From assembly GCA_025594325.1 (NCBI GenBank), contig JANHCV010000006.1, positions 1,612,001-1,676,000 of the forward strand: a stretch of DNA of 64,000 bases, given 5' to 3'. The translations under genes and the position numbers were made by a program. Source of the stretch: Blastocladiella emersonii ATCC 22665 (Eukaryota; Fungi; Blastocladiomycota). Below the pieces are notes generated by a model. That model made no database searches and was not told the origin of the DNA. It was given only the letters and a program-made list of their open reading frames with translations. Below are positions 22,508 through 33,904 of the stretch, piece after piece; the first letter of the stretch is position 1; each line of letters opens with the position of its first letter.

Positions 22508-25500
22508 TCAGTTCATAAACTTGCGGCACCGGGGCGCGCCGCAGTAGCAGGGCAGCCGCTTCTCGGCGGCCTCCTCGAGCTGGAACTTGTAGTCGTACGT
22601 GAGCTCCTCGCCGGCCTCGACGCGGCGCGCCGCGTAGATGATGACGCGCTTGACGCCGTCGAGGGGCGCGACGATGCGCGCGTAGCAGTTGGGCTCGCAG
22701 CTGTGGTTAATGAACCGGGCCGCGTTCCCCTTGTGCGTGGCGTCGAGGATGCGGTCGTGCGCGATGGCGAAGAAATAGGTCCCGACGCCGTGGCGGTCGT
22801 TGACGAGCTCACGCGTGTCGGCGACCTTCTGGCCAATCACCTCGCCGAGGTACTCGATGACCATGTCGTTGGCCGCGAAGGCGCGCGCCGCGAACAGGCC
22901 GATCCCCTGGATCTTGGATGGGCGGACCGCGATGTTGCCCTTCTCCTGCTCCTTGAGCTTGGCGTACTGCAGCGGCAAGGGCACCGCCGACTCCCACGGC
23001 TGCGCGACCGCCGCGGTAGGCGGCGCGCCCGTCGACGCCGTGGCGACAGGGGCCGCCGTCGTCGGCACGGGCGCCGCCGCCGCATTGGCCGTGAACGGGA
23101 GCGCCGCGTCGGTGCTGCGCGGGTGCGTCGTCGTCGGCGACGTGAGCCCGGCGCCGCCGCCCACGGCGCTGATACTCCGAACACGCGCGCCCGTCACCGC
23201 CGCACCACCACCGGCCGCCGCCGCCGCCGCAAGGGCCGCGCGCTGTCGGATCCGCGGCGAGATAATCGCGGGGTCGGTCCGCGAACTCCCGCGGCGCAGG
23301 GTCCGCTCGGCCTCGCGGATCTGGTTGAGCGCGGCGGGGTCGACGAACCGGAACGGGTACGCGGTGCACTGGGCGGCGTGGGGGAGGTTCTCGATGAACC
23401 GCACGATCGTCGGGTGGTGGAGGAGGACGAGCGACTCGGGGCGGCGCAGGTAGTGGTGGTTGACGGCGATCGGGTACGGCGCGGCGTCGAACCGCTCGAG
23501 GAGCGCGGGGAGGATCTCGGCCGTATGCGCGACCTCAAACGTGCCGGCGGGGTCGTCGGCGACGTGCACGCGCCAGCGGAGCGTCGCGGCGCGGTCGGCG
23601 TCGACAGAGTACCGGTCGACGACCATGGTGTCGGGCGTCTCCTCGCCCTGCACGACGATGCCCTCGTCAACGGGCTCGACCTGCATCGCGGCGGACCCGG
23701 TCATGTCCGAGAAATGCGACGCAGCGTCGACCACGAGCGGGCCGGCGGGCGCGGGGTCGTCGTCGGCGACATCCCCCGCGATCGTGCGCGTCATGGTCAG
23801 GAACGTGGTGGCGCCGGGCACGCGGTAGCTCCAGAACCGCCGCACCACCGTGTACCCGACGGGGATGATGCACGGCGGGCTGAGCGGCGGCGGCGGGGCG
23901 GCCGCCTCGGCAGCCGCAGCAGCAGCCGCGTTACCGTCGGCGCCGGGCTCCGTGTCCGTGGGCGACACGCCGTCGGCACCCGCCGCACCCGCCGCGGCGA
24001 CGAGTAGCGGTGCGGGCGCGATCGGGGCCTCGATGAGGAGGTTCGGGTCGTCGAACGGGAGGCGGCCGATATGCGTGACCGCCGCGCCACCGACGACGAG
24101 GCACGCGGGGTTATACGGCGGGGCCGTCGTCAGCAGCTTCCCGGGCCGGGCGGCGGGTACGGCCGAGACGTAGAGCGGGACGGTCGGGTCGTGCGCGATC
24201 GCGAGGCGCATGGCGCAGACCTGCTCGCACTCGGTGAACTGGGGCTGGAAGTAGGTGGCCCCACCCTTATTCCCGCCGGGCGCCGCGTGGGTCGCGCACC
24301 GGAACTGCTTCTGGAGGACGTCGAGGTGCACCTTGCGCGCGCGCTTGATCTCGGCGGGGGTCCCCGCGGGGTCCGCGAGCCCGGCGATCGACGGCGCGAA
24401 CAGGGCGCGGATCAGGCACGACCAGTGGTACGCGGTCGAGCACGCGCCGCTGGCGGCGCCGCAGTGCAGGTTGGCGAAGGGGAGCTTGCACAGGCCGCAC
24501 CGCCGCGCGCGGCTGTACTCGAGCACCCCCAGGAGGTACGTCTCGTCGACGGGGGTCTCGGTGGCGGCGCCCTCGGGCAGCGACCAGTACGCGCACCCGA
24601 TGTGGCCCCACAGGCCGAGCCCGAGCCCCTCGGGGTCGTTCCCGCCGAGAAACACGAGCCGCCCGACACCCGCGTGCTTGTGCAATTCGTCCTGCGCGCA
24701 GAACGCGCACCGCCGGTGGTCGACGTACACCGCGAGCGCCGTCTGCGCGTCCGACGGCGGGAGCGAGTCGGTGGCGACGGCGGGCGTGGCTGCCGGAGCC
24801 GCCGAGGCCGTTGACGCCGACGAGTCGAGCGACGCGCCGGCGGCCGCGTGGTCGAGGCCGTCGAGCTGGAGGGCGCCGACGCCCGTGGTCGCCGCCGAGA
24901 CGAGGCCGGCCGCGACCGCCGCGGCAGCGGTAGCAGCGGACGACGACGCCGCGCCCTCGCCGGACCGCGTTCGCCGGGCGTGCGGGGGCGGGACGTCGGG
25001 TGCGCCGCCGGCGGGGACCGCGGGGAGGAGGAGCGGGAGCGGTGCGGGCGACCCGTGGGGCGAGCGGCAGTTGGGGCAGACGTACTCGGCGTTGGAGTCG
25101 TGGAGGTCGTCGTACTGGATGTTCTGGAGGATCGGGTCGCACGTCTTGTGGACCCACTTGCTGCACTTGCCGTCGCACCCGACCATGGGCGTCTCGAAGT
25201 CGTCCTCGGAGTAGGCCTTGTAGCACACGGGGCAGAAGTTGCCCGCGTCGTAGTAGGTGGTGCAGAGCTGGCACTGGTACGCGTTGTGGACCGGGTGCCG
25301 GGTCCAGAGCGGCGGGCCGACGACCTGGGACCCGCGCGGCTTGAGCCCGCACGAGTAGCACGACGCGCAGTCGTTGCAGATGATGGTGCCGTCGGCGGCG
25401 ACCATGTCGGGGGAGACGTTGACGCAGTCGAGGTGGAACACGCGGTCGCACGCCGAGCACAGCGCGAGCTGGTCGCGCGGCGAGTTCTTGCTGCACTTGG

Positions 25501-26999
25501 AGCAGAAGGTGCAGAAGATGCAGATCCACGCGTCGCCCGGGTTGGCGGGCGGCGGGCAGATGTACAGCGGCGTGCACGCGTGGTGGTGCGCCTCGGCGCA
25601 CGAGTTGCACGTCAGGTACGAGTCGCCCGGGTGCAGCACCGCCGAGCAGTCGACGCACGACACGGTGGACCGGAACACGAGCGGGTCGGGCTGCTTGGAG
25701 TCGGTGGTCAGCGGGAACACGACGACCGAGGGGGTCGGGATCGGCTCCTCGGACGGGACCGCCGCGGCGCCGAGGTGGTGGTGGTGGTGCGCCGCGAGGG
25801 CGTCCGTCGAGCCCGCCGCGCCGTTGAGTGCGGCACCGGAAGTGAGCGGCGCGCCCGAGGGACTGCCGCCGAGGTAGTTCCCGTTCTTGCCCGCGGCCGC
25901 GCTGCCGCCGCCGCGGCCCGACGCGTCGTGCGAGTCGGAGCTGAAGTCGTCGAGGTTGGCGTTACTCGCAGCGGCACGTGCTTTCTTCGCGGGCGGGCCG
26001 GCGGCCTGGCCGCCCTGTGCACCGGCGTTGGCGGATCCACGTCGACCGGCGGAACTGCCGCCACTACCCGCGGTCTTGCGGTTACGGCTGCGTCCAGTGG
26101 CCGAGCTCTCGGTGAAGTCGCCGTCGCGCTCATCGTCGACCCAGCCCTCCTGGCCGGCGAGCTCGACCATCTGCTGGAACCGCGACTGGCGGGGCTGCTT
26201 GCCGAGCTCGGACGACGACGGGTCGTCCTCCTCCTCGGGGTACCCGTACGCGTCGTGGTGGTGGTGGTGGTGGTGGTGGTGGTGCGGGTGCTGGTAGTGG
26301 TGGTAGTGGCCGTTGCTGTCGTCCTCGGCGTAGTGCTGGTGCTGGTGCTGGTGGTGAGCCCCGTGCGCGTGCGGGTCGGAGTTGTACATGTACGCGGCGG
26401 CCGCAGCGGGATCGTGCTCCTCGCCGTGATGGTGGTGACCGTGGCTGTACTCGCCCGCACCGGCGGCGGTGCCAGCGGGGTAGTCCTCCGAGTACTCTGC
26501 GTAGTTGGGCTGCGGGCGCGATGCGCCGGACCGAGCGCCGCGGGTGGTGACGCCGACGGACGTGTCCATCTGGTCGTCGACGTCGGCGGGGTCGACGAGG
26601 CCGGCAGCGACGGCGGCGGCGTCGCGCATCTCGGTGAACTGGCGGCGGATGGCGTCGAGGGTGCGCGACGGGTCCGAGGCGAGGCGCGCGCGGATCCACC
26701 CGGACACGGTCGAGGACGAGTCACGGCCGCGCTTGCGGACGTCTAGATGGGGGATGCGGGGGTCAGTGGTTGTCCTCGGGTGTGTCAGTAGCAGCGGACG
26801 CACCAGAGCACCACGCGCTGAGCGACTGGTACGTGGACTGGAGGTAGTCGGGGATATCGCCGGGCTCGCCCGTGTAGAGGTCGCCGTTGGCCATGAGCGT
26901 GGCGTAGTGCTCGTCAAAGACGATCTGCTCGCCGGGCTGCAGCAGCTGCGACTCGACAAGGTGCGCGAGCGACACGCGCTGGGGGGCCTTGGGCGCCAT
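22508..26999 (-). CDS. Trithorax/MLL(KMT2A)-like H3K4 methyltransferase, ~1476 aa: RAMA-like, PHD x3, ePHD, FYRN/FYRC, Win-like, SET, post-SET
   Basis: ATG at 26999, intron 26803-26743, then ORF to TGA at 22508. PHD3 reads GNFCPVCYKAYSEDDFETPMVGCD. FYRN reads IIPVGYTVVRRFWSY. SET reads ARFINHSCEPNC...ELTYDY, and post-SET reads CYCGAPRCRKFMN. Confidence 0.92.
26255..26284 (-). repeat. (CAC)10 microsatellite encoding poly-His in the Trx-like gene
   Basis: Ten perfect GTG copies on the + strand; the protein reads HPHHHHHHHHHHDAY. Confidence 0.9.
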
Positions 27000-27258
27000 G
27001 GCGGGGGTTGGCCGTCGAGTGCGCGCTCGCGGAGTGCGTTGCAGGGAGTGGCGGGCGGGTAGCGCGGCAGTCGGTGGCCGTGGGGAGAGCGGATGCGGGG
27101 ATGGCGGGGGCGAGAGGAGACGTGAAGTGATTTCTGCCACGTTTCTCACGGTTTTCGAGCCGGATCGGCACGCCGGCGTGACCGCGTTTTGGCGGGTGAA
27201 ATCTGTCTCTCGCCCGCTGTCTCCTCCTTCTCCCCGCCCGTACACAGAGAACCGCGCA

Positions 27259-28482
27259 ATGACAGCCGATGCAGTGGACCCAAGGCCGCCGCCGTACCTC
27301 ATGGAGCTGTGCCCAAACACGCAGACGGTCCACTTCTGCGTCTCCATCACCACCGCCAACGCCGACAGCCCATTAGAAACCACTACGGCCGTCGCCGTCC
27401 CCACGAGCGACCACGGCCTCGGCGCGGGCGTCGCCGTCCCCGTCGCCGGTCTCCTCCTGACGCCGCTCGAGATCGTCGTGTCGGGCGCATCGTACAAGTT
27501 CCCCTCCCCCGTCGAACCTCGCTCTCTGTCAGCACACATGGTGGGTCGCGACCTGGTCGTGCGGTGCAAGCTGCGCCACGTCGCGGGGACCCGCCCGTCG
27601 ACGCAGCTGCGGCACCAGCACTTTGACGCGACGCCGCTGCTCCTCGCAGACACGGTCGCCAAGAGCTCGGCGATCCGGTGCGCGGGCTGCCGTGCGGCGT
27701 TGTTGACCTCGCCACCCGCCTCGGTGCGCGCGCTGCCGTCGTCGACGTGGCACGACCTCGTCGAGTGCTGGGCGTGCCACGAGCAGCACGTGGTGATGCC
27801 GACGTCCGGGCACGTCGCGGTCGCGCGGGATGCGTGTTGGGTCGGGCCGTCGGTGCTCGTCGTCCACGGTGACGCGCTTTTGGCGGGATCCGTCAAGTGG
27901 ACGGCGGCCCCGCACGTGCGCGACCCGAACGCGCTGACGCTGGACCGGACGGGCGTCACGACCGTCGCGCAGTGCGCCGTGTGCAGCGCCGTTGTCGGGT
28001 ACCTCCCGCGCGCGACGCCCGCGGACGGCGTGCACCTGTACAAGACGCGGGTCCTCGCCGCTCGCTCTACATCTCCCGACGCCGAGGAGTGGACGTGGAA
28101 CCTCGCCAAGGTGCACCAGGCGTCGCTCATGGCCGAGCTGCTGGACCACGTCACGTCGCACGCCGCGCACCGTGTGACGCTGGTTTCCGCGACGCCGTCC
28201 TCGCCCGATCATCCGGCGGGCACGCCGTTCGCCGTGGTGTGGACCGTCAACTGGAACTGCCGCGTCCGCACGCGCCGGCTCGCGTCGTCGCGCGCACTCA
28301 AGGTGCTGTACCGAACGCTCACGCCGGACGAGACCACGGCGGGGGCGCAGGCGACGGTCGCGGTCGCGGACCCGGCGGGCCTCCTCGCCGTCCTAGCCGG
28401 GACGACGGCGCAGCTGCCCACGTCGCAGCAGTCGGTCGAGATTAAGGGCGAGGCGTGGCGGACGACGTATCTCATGTCATAA
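27259..28482 (+). CDS. UBE3D/HECT_2-like E2-binding ubiquitin ligase
   Basis: CAGC...LPSSTWHDLVECWACHE...CAVC...HLYK matches the HECT_2 family pattern LPSxxWxExxxxWxCH. Confidence 0.65.
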   Translation: MTADAVDPRPPPYLMELCPNTQTVHFCVSITTANADSPLETTTAVAVPTSDHGLGAGVAVPVAGLLLTPLEIVVSGASYKFPSPVEPRSLSAHMVGRDLVVRCKLRHVAGTRPSTQLRHQHFDATPLLLADTVAKSSAIRCAGCRAALLTSPPASVRALPSSTWHDLVECWACHEQHVVMPTSGHVAVARDACWVGPSVLVVHGDALLAGSVKWTAAPHVRDPNALTLDRTGVTTVAQCAVCSAVVGYLPRATPADGVHLYKTRVLAARSTSPDAEEWTWNLAKVHQASLMAELLDHVTSHAAHRVTLVSATPSSPDHPAGTPFAVVWTVNWNCRVRTRRLASSRALKVLYRTLTPDETTAGAQATVAVADPAGLLAVLAGTTAQLPTSQQSVEIKGEAWRTTYLMS

Positions 28483-28509
28483 AAAGTATATCCCTCCCTC
28501 TCCATCAAC

Positions 28510-30291
28510 TCAGTAGATGACCTCCTGCGGCGAGTGCGGGTCAACGACATAGACGTGAAGCGTGTGGAACGCGCCGCCGAACACGAGCCGCTTGTCGTCG
28601 CGCGTCAGGGACGCTGCAAACACGGCCCCGGGCAGGCCCGAGACGAGCGCGATGCACCGGCGCGTCGCGTAGCTGAACACCTTGACCTCGTTGGCGGCGG
28701 CGGCCACGGCCGCGGCGTTGGCCGCCATGGACGCCGTATTCGACGACGCGTTGCCGCCGTTCCCCGAGTTGTTGTTGCTGCTACCCCCAGAACTCCCGCT
28801 GTTGCCCGAGCTGTTGCCCGAGACGGACAGCGACGAGATCCCCGCGGCCGCGGCCGCGACGGCGGCACTCCCGGACCCGCCGCCCGCAACCATGAGTCGG
28901 CGCGACGGCGAGAACCGCGCCGTGTACAGCGGACACTGTTTCCGCTCGTCGAGCAGCGACCAGGCGACGGGCTCGAGCAGCTTGCCGGACTCGGCCGCGT
29001 ACAGGTTGAGCGCGGACCCCTCGTCGCGCGCGCGCGAGCCGGCGAGGATCTTGGTGCCGGACTCGTCCCAGTCGAGCGCGTCGCCACACACGTGCGGGCG
29101 GAAGATGGACCGGAGCGAGAGACCCGCGCGGCGGTCCCAGATCTGAATCGTGCTGTCCCACCCGCCCGAGATGAGCAGCTCGGGTCGCTTCGGGTGCCAG
29201 CGGAGGCAGAAGATGCGGTTCGTGTGGCCCGCCGAGGCGCCGGCCGCGCCGTCGTGGAGCAGCTGCACGGGTTTCCGCGTGCCGGCGGCCGTGACGTGCA
29301 GGGTGTCGTCGCGGTCGTCGTAGATGCGGATGACGCAGTCGGACCCGGCGGTGGCGAGGACGGGCGAGAGGGGCGAGAACTCGAGCGCAAAGACCTGGTT
29401 GTCGCCCTCGCTGAACGTCCACACGCGTTTCCCCGTCGGCGCGTGCCACGCGACCACGACGCCGTCGGGGTACCCGGCCACGAGCACGTCGCGCGTGCGC
29501 GGCGCGGATGCCGCCGTGGTCGCGACGGGCGCGGCGTCAAAGTCGACGGGCCCCGCGCTCGGCGCGACGTTGGGCCGCCACCCGAGCGTGGTGACGGGCA
29601 CCTTGAGCTCGGCCTCCTCGACCCTCAGGACGTGCAGCCGCTCGCCCGTCTGGACGTGGAACACGGCGACCGCGCCCGTACTCAGCCCGGCGGCGACAAG
29701 GTCGCCCGTCTCGTTGAAGGCGACCGTGTGCACGTCGCCGCCAACGTCCGCGGCCCACGCCGGGCGCAGGTTGCCCGCGTCCGTGATAGCGGCCGCGGCC
29801 GCGGCTGCAGCGCGCGCGGCGGCGGACAGGGCGGGCGCCGCGGCCGAGTTGCCGGGCGACGTGCTGTTGAGGGCCGTTGACGACGCGGCGCCTGCGAGGT
29901 TGGTCGCCGATGTTGCACCAGAGCTGAGCAGCGCGTGCGACGATTTCGACACGGTAGCGCGTTTGGGCGCGAGCCCGGTGCCCGAGATCCCGCGCGCGGG
30001 CGGCGCAGCGGCCGGTTTCGCGGCCGTCCCCGCGCCCTGGCCCGAGTTGGACCGCGGGCGCAGGTTGGCCGACGAAGTCTTGGGCGCGGCGCTCGACGGC
30101 GGGTGCGGGTGTGCATGGTGGGCGTGGTGCGCAGCAGCGCCGTCCGAGTGCGAGAGCGAGGCAGTCGAGGACGCGCGCGCGGCGGGTTTGCCGACGCCGA
30201 GGTGTGACGACGACGGCGCCTTGGTTGACGAGGAAGACGCGATGGTCGCGTGCGACGGGGTCTTGGGCGGTAGCGGTGTTGGTGGCGCCAT
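28510..30291 (-). CDS. WD40-repeat protein with Ser/Ala-rich N-terminus
   Basis: Repeats include VHTVAFNETG, VFALEFSP..LATAGSDCVIRIYD and GHTNRIFCLRWHP..LISGGWDSTIQIWD. Confidence 0.85.
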   Translation of the reverse strand: MAPPTPLPPKTPSHATIASSSSTKAPSSSHLGVGKPAARASSTASLSHSDGAAAHHAHHAHPHPPSSAAPKTSSANLRPRSNSGQGAGTAAKPAAAPPARGISGTGLAPKRATVSKSSHALLSSGATSATNLAGAASSTALNSTSPGNSAAAPALSAAARAAAAAAAAITDAGNLRPAWAADVGGDVHTVAFNETGDLVAAGLSTGAVAVFHVQTGERLHVLRVEEAELKVPVTTLGWRPNVAPSAGPVDFDAAPVATTAASAPRTRDVLVAGYPDGVVVAWHAPTGKRVWTFSEGDNQVFALEFSPLSPVLATAGSDCVIRIYDDRDDTLHVTAAGTRKPVQLLHDGAAGASAGHTNRIFCLRWHPKRPELLISGGWDSTIQIWDRRAGLSLRSIFRPHVCGDALDWDESGTKILAGSRARDEGSALNLYAAESGKLLEPVAWSLLDERKQCPLYTARFSPSRRLMVAGGGSGSAAVAAAAAGISSLSVSGNSSGNSGSSGGSSNNNSGNGGNASSNTASMAANAAAVAAAANEVKVFSYATRRCIALVSGLPGAVFAASLTRDDKRLVFGGAFHTLHVYVVDPHSPQEVIY

Positions 30292-31181
30292 AGTATGTGA
30301 TCAGCGAGCGCTTTACGAGAGCGCGGGAGAAGTAGTCGGCCACGGCGCGCGATCGGCCGTGTGCCGTTGCAGGTCCCAACGGGCGAGACGAGACAAGGTA
30401 CGGTACGTTACGCCTCAGGAGGCGCCGCAGGGGAACGGGAGGCCGGGAGAAGCAAGGGAGGGTGGTGAGAGACGCGCGTGCGAGACAGAGAGAGCGGCGA
30501 AACGCGACGCGTCGCACGGGTCACGCGGGGCGGCGCCCGCCACGTGCACGGCGTTCCCACGCGTCGCCGTGGCGCCGACCACGCGGTCCGTCCGCGGCGG
30601 CGATCACCGACGGGCACACGCAGCGCCGCGCGCCAGCAACCTTCTTCCGGATTGGTTCGCGGGGCCGCCCTCCGGGCGAGGAGAGGCCCCGGTCAACACG
30701 CCCGCGACCGCATCGCCTCGCATCGACCCTTCGCGCTGCGCCCCATGGCCGTCCGCGGCCTCCTCATCTTCTTCGCTCGCTCGCCGCGGCCTGCGCACGC
30801 ACCCGCGCCTGTTCTATTTCGCCGCCCACAAGAACATCTCGCGGCCGCAGCCGATCGCCGGCGCGCCGAACCCCCACCCGACCCCGCGCGCCGCGCCACG
30901 CTGCGCGCCGTGCGCCGCAGATCGACGCACCCCTCCCCATCATCCCCACCTGCACCTCCAGGTCCCTGAACCGCCGCGAATTCGCCTGCCGCTCTCCCTC
31001 GCACCGTCTCGACCCGCAGGCTCCATCCGTGCTTCGCTCCACGCTCTGCCCACACCACCCACCGCGTGCCACGCCAGCAACCGATCGCCGGCCACACTGC
31101 ATCCCTTCCCCCCCCCTCGCCTCGTGTGCTTGTGACCCGCGCTCCCACGACCACGAACGCGCCGCCGATCACCGCTCGGTC

Positions 31182-33160
31182 ATGGACACTCCACCACCAC
31201 CACCGGCGCTGCTGCGCAAGCGACCGCCGCCGCCGCCGCCGCCGCAACCGCTGCGCGCGCGCGTCGCGTCGCTCGTGCTGCGGCCGATGCAGCACCCGCT
31301 CGTCGCCGTCGCCGTGACGGTGCTCCCGCCCGTGCTCGGCGTGTGGGGCGCCATGCCGCAGGTCGCCGACGCGGTCCTGCTCGCCCTGACCGCCGTCTAC
31401 CTCTACCTGCTCATCCAAGGTACGCTTTGCGAGTGTGTCAATGATGAGAGAATCATCACTCACCCCATCACTCCGATGTAGTCCCGTGGGAGCTCTACAT
31501 CCGCTTCGACACGCGCGCCCGCACCCGCGCCGCGCAGCTCGCTGCCGCCTCGGCCGCCGCCGTGTCGCACGCCTCCCGCAGCGAGGCCAGCGGCGACGCC
31601 AAGCACGCGGCCGCGGACGCGCACCATGCACGGCACCACCACCACGGCGCCGCGGTCCCCGTCCACGCGTCGGCGTCGTGCACGATCCAGGCGACGCTGA
31701 CGCTGACGCCGCCCGCGGGCACCGACGCGTGGCTCGCCCGCGTGTTCCTCGCCGCCGCCGTGGCCGCCCCGCTCGCCGGCGCGCTCCTGCTCAGCGTCGT
31801 CAAGGCGCGCCTGCGTGCTGCCGCCACGGCTGGAGCAGCGGCAACGGGAGGCCCAGCGTGGCTCCCGCTCGACCTGCTCGACCCGCTCCACTTTGCCATG
31901 GCCGCGTCGATCCGCCCGCTCTTCCACCTCGCCGGGTCCGCGTCCGACGCACACGCGCTCGCCGCGACGGCGGCCGCGTTTGCGCCCATGACAGCTGTCG
32001 CGTCGTCTGCTTCGGCCTCGTCGCCCCCGCTCGTCCGGCCCGGCTCGCGCCGTCGCGCTGCGCGCACTGCGGTCCCGCGCGCATCGCCTCGACCTACGCG
32101 CGTCGCGTCGCCGCTCAACGCGTCGGCGACTGCCGCTTCACCAACATGGGCCGACCCGATCCCGCCGTTCGACGACGAGGACGATGAAGACGACGCGAGC
32201 GCCTCAGACACCAACGACGTGTCTCCGCCAGCGCACGACGCCAAGTGGGCCCTCGCCGCCACGTCGCGCCCCGCCGCTCACGCCCACGACGACGACCCGT
32301 CGATCCGCGACGAGATCCTCGCCCTGCACGCGCAGCTGTCGCACCAGGCCGCGCGTCTCGAGGCCCTGCTCCTGCGCAGCACTTCCGACGCGTCCGCGTC
32401 GCGCCGCCGGGTCGCCCGCCCGCCGCGGTCCGTACCCTCGTGGGGCACGGGCGTCGGGCGCAAGTGGGTCGCGCGGTGGTGGACGCTCGCGCTGTGGCCC
32501 GCGTCGCACGCCGTCGCGGCCGTGACCAAGCTCGTCGGCGCGTCGCCCTCCCCCTCGCCCGCCGCCGTCGCACCACCGCCCGCTGAGACCGCCGCCGCCG
32601 CCGCTTCGCCGCCCGCCAAACGCACCGCCACCGCATCCGCCGCCGCGGTGACCCCCGTAGTCCCGTCGTGGGTGCTGTGGATCACGCTGGCGTGGCTGCG
32701 GTGGGTCGTGGCGTGCTGCGTGCTCCCGCTCGCCGCCTGGGTCTTCTCGGTCCGCGCAACGTGGTGGATCGCGTCCCACGCCGCCAAGGTCCCGCAGCGC
32801 GCGCTCGCCGTCGCGTGGGCGAGTATGGCCGAGGCGGCACCCGCGCGCCGGTCGCTCCCCTCGTCGTCGGACGGAGCGGGTGCGGGCGCGCACCGGCGGC
32901 GGCGTGGGAGTGTCGTGGTCCCCGTTGCCGCGACGGCGGCCAAGGTCGTCGTTGACGAGGACCCATCACCGCCGCAGCCCGCGGCGGTCGCGGCCGGAGT
33001 GTCCGAGTGGCCGCTGTCGGTCGTTGATGGGCTCCTCGGCCTGCTTCCGCTGCTGCCGTCGTCCCTGCCGCTGCCTCGGCGGCTCCTCCTTCTCGGCGGC
33101 GCGACGCGTGAGCCCGTCGCGGCGACTCCGACGCCAACCTCCGCGCCGGTCTCGGCGTAA
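31182..33160 (+). CDS. Hypothetical membrane protein
   Basis: ATG at 31182 with hydrophobic segments. An intron near 31420-31481 joins YLYLLIQ to VPWELYIRF, in frame with ORF 31562-33160. Confidence 0.6.
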
Positions 33161-33904
33161 GAGTGTGTTCTTCTTCGTGTTCAGTTGTTCTCTCCCTCCT
33201 CCCCATTGCCCCCCTATTCTTCACCTCGCGCTGCGCGAGCTAGCGCGCATCCCATTCCATTCAATACATGTCATCTCGGTTGTGTCTCCCTCCCTCCCTC
33301 CCGGCGGCGACGGCGACGCGTTGTGAGGTCAGCATGACGATGCGCAGTCGCCGCGTTGCGCAAGATGACGCGACGCGACGCGACGCGATGGGTGATCGCG
33401 CGAGACCATGAAGGCTTGCGCAGAGTGTTCAGCGGGCAACTGCGCACGGCGACGTCGCGGCCACCGTGATGGCGATCATGGCCGCGACGTCGACGACGGC
33501 CGTGGCCGCGGTCGTTGACGGTGGAGTCGAGTTGCAGGCGGACGCGGAGCGGGCGTGAGCCAGGTGTTCCGGGGCTTCCCGCGTCGCGCGGCGGACCCGG
33601 GCCGCGGCGGGCGCCGGGACGCGCTCCCTTCCTGCTGCGCCGCCCTCTATTATGTACACTGGCCGTAACCCGCTGTAACACGCTGTAAGCGTGACGGAGC
33701 GCTCGCTGGCCCGCGAGTGTGCTGCGCGAGACAGGCGAGAGACACCCAAGGGCGGTTTCACGAGGTGGCGGTGGCACGGTCGCCCTGCCCTCGCCGCTGC
33801 TGAAGTCGCCGCCCCCGCGCACGCCGTTCCCGCTCTCCTCCCTCGTACCTCTCGAGTATAGTATCATACTACGACGCATCGCAACGCATCAACCACTACA
33901 AACC

